NCBI GenBank assembly: GCA_002269645.1
Contig: NIVC01002813.1
Span: forward strand, 74,465 to 138,464
Direction of reading: 5' to 3'
Source: Macrostomum lignano
Taxonomy: Eukaryota
Length of the DNA stretch: 64,000 nucleotides
Under the pieces are notes generated by a model. It had not been told where the DNA came from and did not search any database. It was given only the letters and a program-made list of their open reading frames with translations. Each line of letters starts with the position of its first letter. Position 1 is the first letter of the stretch. Of the stretch, positions 55,806 through 64,000 are shown in pieces. A program made the position numbers and the translations under genes.

Positions 55806-56995
55806 CTCACTTAAGCAAAATTTGTGTTTATTGCTACTCAAACTTTAAATTAACAATTTTCATTATTGTTTGATTTTTTCAGTCTTTAAACTTACTCAAA
55901 TATACAGTAAAATGCGAATTTCTTGACTGAATGAAGTCGGCGCTGTGCATTTTCACAACTAAAGAGTGACTTACGACAGTTCCGACCTGTCTTAGATTTA
56001 CGGCGGAACTTAAGAAGCCGAAGTGACTTACGAAAGTTTCACCGAACGCAAATTTACGCTTACGCTTCTTAAATCTAAGAACGGTCTTAAGATACGATTG
56101 TTTCACCGAACATTTTACGACACGGCGCGAACGTAAGTTTGAACTTAAGGATACGCAAGCTTTATAGAACGGGCCCTCATTGTTTGCTTGCCTTCTCTCT
56201 CCGCCTCGCTCCGCCACGGTTCTAAACCACGCCTCTGCCAAATCTCAGTCACGCCACCTCTACTGTCTGTACGAGCTCTCGCTACGAGCACCGCCACCAC
56301 ACGTTCACCACCATCACATCGTCACCATTGCCTCAGGCTCATCGACTCATTCTATCGTCTACCATCTTCTTATTGTTGCGTAGCCGCCCAGTGCATTTCC
56401 TACGGATTCAGCAAGTATTCTGACCTATCTCTGTTGACCACCCAGACAGAATTGATAATAGTCAAGCCTAACTATCCTCTCATACGGTTACAATAAATAA
56501 AGACTACGGCCATTGCCCGCATCAGTCGTTACTATCATCTACAGTGCCACTGTAGTGCTACCGCAACAAAATTTGCCTCTGCCGTGTTTGTCTTCGTTAG
56601 TCATTTTCGAGTCTGCCGGATAAATCGTCACAGTCGCGGTAGATGCGAGTCCATGCAAGGAAAAAATGCTACGTGCGTCTAATCAACCAATCAATCAAAC
56701 TAAGAATGATGCATGCACTGCAGAGACTACTGACGAAAATGAGTTCAGTAGTTGATTTTCGCACTGGAACGAGTTGCAAAATTTTTCACATTAGCTTCTA
56801 TGGCCACACGAGTGGCCCATCTTGTGTGTATGTGATGTTTGGTTTAACCACGCACTAAATGGTAAATATATTCTCTGGTCTGCAAGTTTAAAGCGAGCAA
56901 AGAAGAAAACATAAAGACAAAGTCAAACGATTATCGCTTGAAAAGTTTCGTTTACAAAGAGAATCAATCAATCAATCAACCAACCCGAGTCGGCA

Positions 56996-59900
56996 ATGCT
57001 CTCTACTAACGAATCCATGGTTATCGATTGGTTCGCCAACTCCAGTCCCGCGCCACGCGAGGAGCTCGTCCACTTAGCCAGGCTGGCCGAGCAGGCCGAA
57101 CGGTACGAAGACATGGCATCGGCGATGAAGTCGGTAGCCGAGAAGGGGCGCGAACTGGGCGTGGAGGAGCGGAATCTACTGTCAGTAGCTTATAAGAATT
57201 TTATTAGCCCTCGTAGAATTTCCTGGCGGTTGATCGCCGGAATTGAAGTGAAAATGAACGACACAAACGACAGGAAGCGCGCCAACATCAAGGAGTTTCG
57301 GCAGCAGATTGAGAGCGAACTGCAGAAGATCTGCACCGAAGTTCAGGTTGGTTCATTTCATGCATTTTGGCGAAGAACCTTGGAAATAATCTTAGCAGTT
57401 AAACTGGGGTAGGGTAGGGCTAGGGTAGCTTAATGTGCATTAAGGTCTTATAATGGGTGTCGGGTTGTCTGGATGGTTGTTTGCCGTTGTCTGGATGTTT
57501 GTCGGTTGTCTGGATGTTTGTCGGGTTGTCTGGATGTTTGTCGGGTTGTCTGGATGGTTGTCTGGATGGTTGTCGGGTTGTCTGGATGTTTGTCGGGTTG
57601 TCTGGATGGTTGTCTGGATGGTTGTCGGGTTGTCTGGATGTTTGTCGGGTTGTCTGGATGGTTGTCGAATTGTCTGGATGGTTGTCGAATTGTCTGGATG
57701 TTTGTCGGGTTGTCTGGATGTTTGTCGGGTTGTCTGGATGGTTGTCGGATTGTCTGGATGGTTGTTTGCCGTTGTCTGGATGGTTGTCGAATTGTCTGGA
57801 TGGTTGTCGAATTGTCTGGATGTTTGTCGAATTGTCTGGATGTTTGTCGAATTGTCTGGATGGTTGTCGGGTACGCCTGGGTGGGTGTTAACATGTTTAG
57901 ATTGGTTTCAAGGTGGCAGATTGGTTGAGTGTCGTATCGGTATTTTTCGTGAAACCCAAACCCATGAAAGCCAACCCCAAGGCACAGAGAATGTACATAC
58001 CTGACGATTAGAAAGTCAAGGACGCTGTACACCCCGTGTGAGCGTGTGTGCGAGTGCGTGAATTTGAGTTTTCAAAATCTCAACGTTTCCAGAATCTTCT
58101 GGACGACCATCTGCTGAAAAATGCTCGCAGTGACGAGTCGATAATTTTCTACTACAAGATGAAGGGCGACTATTACCGCTACCTGGCCGAGACTTCAATT
58201 GGCAACGATCGCGGAGTGATCATCGAGAACGCCGACCGGACCTACAGCTTCGCCAGCAAGTCAGCGGAAGAGAAGCTGGCCTGCACTCACCCGATCCGGC
58301 TGGGCCTGGCGCTCAACTACAGCGTCTTCCTCCAGGAGATCAAGAATGAGTCCTCCGCTGCCATCTCGCTGGCTAAGGCGGTGAGCTCGACTGCTGTACA
58401 TGTACAGTCTACTCAATGAGCGCGAATGCAAACACGCTTTCTGACAAATACATGTATGACTAAAAGAGAGTGCAGGCCCGAGTCATCTGACACATTGAAT
58501 AAAGTACAGCTATCTGACACACTGACTCAACAGACATGAGCTATCTGACACACTGACTCAACAGACATGAGCTATCTGACACACTGACTCAACAGACATG
58601 AGCTATCTGACACACTGACTCAACAGACATGAGCTATCTGACACACTGACTCAACAGACATGAGCTATCTGACACACTGACTCAACAGACATGAGCTATC
58701 TGACACACTGACTCAACAGACATGAGCTATCTGACACACTGACTCAACAGACATCAGCTATCTGACACACTGACTCAACAGACATCAGCTATCTGACACA
58801 GTGACTCAACAGACATCAGCTTTGACACAGTGACTCAACAGACATGAGCTATCTGACAAGTGACTCAGCAGACATCAGCTATCTGACACACTGACTCAAC
58901 AGACATGAGCATTGTGACACACTGACTCAACAGACATGAGCTATCTGACACACTGACTCAACAGACATGAGCTATCTGACACACTGACTCAACAGACATG
59001 AGCTATCTGACACACTGACTCAACAGACATGAGCTATCTGACACACTGACTCAACAGACATGAGCTATCTGACACACTGACTCAACAGACATGAGCTATC
59101 TGACACAGTGACTCAACAGACATGAGCTATCTGACACACTGACTCAACAGACATGAGCTTTGTGACACACTGAATCAACAGACATGAGCTATCTGACACA
59201 CTGACTCAACAGACATGAGCATTGTGACACACTGACTCAACAGACATGAGCTTTGTGACACACTGAATCAACAGACATGAGCTATCTGACACACTGACTC
59301 AACAGACATGAGCATTGTGACACACTGACTCAACAGACATGAGCATTGTGACACACTGACTCAACAGACATGAGCTATCTGACACACTGACTCAACAGAC
59401 ATGAGCTATCTGACACACTGACTCAACAGACATGAGCTATCTGACACACTGACTCAACAGACATGAGCTATCTGACACACTGACTCAACAGACATCAGCT
59501 ATCTGACACACTGACTCAACAGACATGAGCTATCTGACACAGTGACTCAACAGACATGAGCTATCTGACACACTGACTCAACAGACATGAGCTTGTGACA
59601 CACTGACTCAACAGACATCAGCTATCTGACACAGTGACTCAACAGACATCAGCTTTGTGACACAGTGACTCAACAGACATGAGCTATCTGACAAGTGACT
59701 CACAGACATCAGCTATCTGACACACTGACTCAACAGACATGAGCTATCTGACACACTGACTCAACAGACATCAGCTATCTGACACACTGACTCAACAGAC
59801 ATGAGCTATCTGACACACTGACTCAACAGACATGAGCTATCTGACACAGTGACTCAACAGACATGAGCTATCTGACACAGTGACTCAACAGACATGAGCT

Positions 59901-62900
59901 ATCTGACACACTGACTCAACAGACATCAGCTATCTGACACACTGACTCAACAGACATCAGCTATCTGACAAGTGACTCAACAGACATCAGCTTTGACACA
60001 GTGACTCAACAGACATGAGCTATCTGACAAGTGACTCAGCAGACATCAGCTATCTGACACACTGACTCAACAGACATGAGCTATCTGACACAGTGACTCA
60101 ACAGACATGAGCTATCTGACACACTGACTCAACAGACATGAGCTATGTGACACACTGACTCAACAGACATGAGCTGTGACACACTGACTCAACAGACATG
60201 AGCTATCTGACACACTGACTCAACAGACATGAGCTATCTGACACACTGACTCAACAGACATGAGCTATCTGACACACTGACTCAACAGACATCAGCTATG
60301 TGACACACTGACTCAACAGACATGAGCTATCTGACACAGTGACTCAACAGACATGAGCTATCTGACACACTGACTCAACAGACATCAGCTATGTGACACA
60401 CTGACTCAACAGACATCAGCTATCTGACACAGTGACTCAACAGACATCAGCTTTCTGACACAGTGACTCAACAGACATGAGCTATCTGACACAGTGACTC
60501 AACAGACATCAGCTATCTGACACACTGACTCAACAGACATGAGCTATCTGACACACTGACTCAACAGACATGAGCTTTGTGACACACTGACTCAACAGAC
60601 ATGAGCTATCTGACACACTGACTCAACAGACATGAGCTATCTGACACAGTGACTCAACAGACATGAGCTATCTGACACAGTGACTCAACAGACATGAGCT
60701 ATCTGACACACTGACTCAACAGACATCAGCTATCTGACACACTGACTCAACAGACTTCAGCTATCTGACACAGTGACTCAACAGACATCAGCTTTGTGAC
60801 ACAGTGACTCAACAGACATGAGCTATCTGACACACTGACTCAACAGACATGAGCTATCTGACACACTGACTCAACAGACATGAGCTATCTGACACACTGA
60901 CTCAACAGACATGAGCTATCTGACACACTGACTCAACAGACATGAGCTATGTGACACACTGACTCAACAGACATGAGCTTGTGACACACTGACTCAACAG
61001 ACATGAGCTATCTGACACACTGACTCAACAGACATGAGCTATCTGACACACTGACTCAACAGACATGAGCTATCTGACACACTGACTCAACAGACATCAG
61101 CTATGTGACACACTGACTCAACAGACATGAGCTATCTGACACAGTGACTCAACAGACATGAGCTATCTGACACACTGACTCAACAGACATGAGCTATCTG
61201 ACACACTGACTCAACAGACATGAGCTATCTGACACACTGACTCAACAGACATGAGCTATCTGACACACTGACTCAACAGACATGAGCTTTGTGACACACT
61301 GAATCAACAGACATGAGCTATCTGACACACTGACTCAACAGACATGAGCATTGTGACACACTGACTCAACAGACATGAGCTTTGTGACACACTGATCAAC
61401 AGACATGAGCTATCTGACACACTGACTCAACAGACATGAGCTTGTGACACACTGACTCAACAGACATGAGCTATCTGACACACTGACTCAACAGACATGA
61501 GCTATCTGACACACTGACTCAACAGACATGAGCTATCTGACACACTGACTCAACAGACATGAGCTATCTGACACACTGACTCAACAGACATCAGCTATGT
61601 GACACACTGACTCAACAGACATCAGCTATCTGACACACTGACTCAACAGACATGAGCTATCTGACACACTGACTAAACAGACATCAGCTATCTGACACAC
61701 TGACTCAACAGACATCAGCTATCTGACACAGTGACTCAACAGACATCAGCTTTGTGACACAGTGACTCAACAGACATGAGCTATCTGACAAAGTGACTCA
61801 CAGACATCAGCTATCTGACACACTGACTCAACAGACATGACTATCTGACACACTGACTCAACAGACATGAGCTTTGTGACACACTGACTCAACAGACATG
61901 AGCTATCTGACACACTGACTCAACAGACATCAGCTATCTGACACAGTGACTCAACAGACATGAGCTATCTGACACAGTGACTCAACAGACATGAGCTATC
62001 TGACACACTGACTCAACAGACATGAGCTATCTGACACACTGACTCAACAGACATCAGCTATCTGACACAGTGACTCAACAGACATCAGCTTTGTGACACA
62101 GTGACTCAACAGACATGAGCTATCTGACAAGTGACTCAACAGACATCAGCTATCTGACACACTGACTCAACAGACATGAGCTATCTGACACACTGACTCA
62201 ACAGACATGAGCTATCTGACACACTGACTCAACAGACATGAGCTATCTGACACACTGACTCAACAGACATGAGCATTCTGACACACTGACTCAACAGACA
62301 TGAGCTATCTGACACACTGACTCAACAGACATGAGCTATCTGACACAGTGACTCAACAGACATGAGCTATCTGACACACTGACTCAACAGACATGAGCTA
62401 TCTGACACACTGACTCAACAGACATGAGCTATCTGACACACTGACTCAACAGACATGAGCTATCTGACACAGTGACTCAACAGACATGAGCTATCTGACA
62501 CACTGACTCAACAGACATGAGCTATCTGACACAGTGACTCAACAGACATGAGCTATCTGACACACTGACTCAACAGACATGAGCTATCTGACACACTGAC
62601 TCAACAGACATGAGCTATCTGACACAGTGACTCAACAGACATGAGCTATCTGACACACTGACTCAACAGACATGAGCTATCTGACACACTGACTCAACAG
62701 ACATCAGCTATCTGACACAGTGACTCAACAGACATCAGCTTTGTGACACAGTGACTCAACAGACATGAGCTATCTGACAAAGTGACTCACAGACATCAGC
62801 TATCTGACACACTGACTCAACAGACATGAGCTATCTGACACACTGACTCAACAGACATGAGCTATCTGACACACTGACTCAACAGACATGAGCTATCTGA

Positions 62901-63913
62901 CACAGTGACTCAACAGACATGAGCATTGTGACACACTGACTCAACAGACATGAGCTATCTGACACACTGACTCAACAGACATGAGCTATCTGACACAGTG
63001 ACTCAACAGACATGAGCTATGTGACACACTGACTCAACAGACATGAGCTATGTGACACACTGACTCAACAGACATGAGCTATCTGACACACTGACTCAAC
63101 AGACATGAGCTATCTGACACACTGACTCAACAGACATGAGCTATCTGACACACTGACTCAACAGACATGAGCTATCTGACACACTGACTCAACAGACATG
63201 AGCTATCTGACACACTGACTCAACAGACATGAGCTATCTGACACACTGACTCAACAGACATGAGCTATCTGACACACTGACTCAACAGACATGAGCTATG
63301 TGACACACTGACTCAACAGACATGAGCTATCTGACACACTGACTCAACAGACATGAGCTATCTGACACACTGACTCAACAGACATGAGCTATCTGACACA
63401 CTGACTCAACAGACATGAGCTATCTGACACACTGACTCAACAGACATGAGCTATCTGACACACTGACTCAACAGACATGAGCTATCTGACACACTGACTC
63501 AACAGACATGAGCTATGACACAGTGACTCAACAGACATCAGCTATCTGACACACTGACTCAACAGACAGCTGTGACACACTGACTCAACAGACATGAGCT
63601 ATCTGACACAGTGACTCAACAGACAGCTGTGACACAGCGGGCACTCACAAGTCTATAAATACCTGGCCCACCGATCTCCCAAGGCTTATTCTGCAGCGAT
63701 CCAGGAGCTGGACAAGCTGCCTTCGGACGAGTCGTACAAAGACGCCAGCCTCCTCATGCAGCTGCTCAGGGATAACATCACGGTTAGTGACTTGGGAATT
63801 TCCCATGTAATTCCCAACTCGATAAAAATATCCACAAACACCGAAGAGATTCTTCAATTCAATTGCAGCTCTGGTCGGCGGAGCACTGCGGAGATTCTGA
63901 CAAATCAAACTGA
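56996..63913 (+). CDS. 14-3-3: 14-3-3 protein (divergent); exons 56996-57346, 58093-58380, 63684-63782, 63869-63913
   Basis: [51 protein letters not shown] and [17 protein letters not shown]|LW; all introns are phase 0 with GT-AG ends. Confidence 0.93.
57462..57870. repeat. 12/20-bp minisatellite (gttgtctggatgtttgtcgg) in 14-3-3 intron 1
   Basis: Visible periodicity. Confidence 0.88.
57965..58060 (+). mobile_element. SINE internal fragment
   Basis: gccaaccccaaggcacagagaatgtacat...gctgtacacc matches 17167-17260. Confidence 0.6.
58505..63635. repeat. 31-bp satellite (gagctatctgacacactgactcaacagacat), about 5.1 kb, in 14-3-3 intron 2
   Basis: Equivalent positions at 58509 and 58540; each unit carries TGACTCA. 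Confidence 0.95.
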
Positions 63914-64000
63914 GAACTGCTCGAATTCGAGCCAGAATGCGCAGATCATGTTTCCGCTTTGGATGACATGCAAACATTTCTGTTCGCGCAGGCCCTCTGA

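Larger units (their letters stand above)
53210..56176. mobile_element. PIF/Harbinger DNA transposon, full length
   Basis: 16-bp perfect TIR GGGCCCGTTCTATAAA (53210-53225 / 56161-56176), 3-bp TSD TCA (53207-53209, 56177-56179), and two divergent genes (Myb/SANT and DDE transposase). Confidence 0.95.

Overview
Eukaryotic (invertebrate) genomic DNA with GT-AG introns, GC-rich coding exons and a different minisatellite in almost every intron. The gene set and repeat style suggest a free-living flatworm such as Macrostomum; this is inference. Bases 334-28617 hold the 3' half (domain III to stop) of an L-type Cav1 calcium channel alpha-1 gene. Downstream lie a myosin essential light chain, a USP-domain gene, an alpha-tubulin with RFX X-box motifs in its promoter, a TESK/LIMK-like kinase (minus), an intronless TRIM-like gene and a divergent 14-3-3. 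Mobile elements include a non-autonomous Mutator/foldback-like element carrying a spliced Ulp1-protease plus PHD-finger gene, a full-length PIF/Harbinger, a tRNA-derived SINE family and a MITE nested in one SINE. The main discoveries are: (1) an unannotated minimal Crumbs-like gene (TM, FERM-binding motif, ERLI) nested in a Cav1 intron; (2) a mutually exclusive exon pair remodelling the Cav1 domain IV pore loop and IVS6; (3) the Ulp1-PHD MULE with long tandem-repeat TIRs and a 9-bp TSD. Exon boundaries were read by eye, repeat boundaries are approximate, and no database searches were run.
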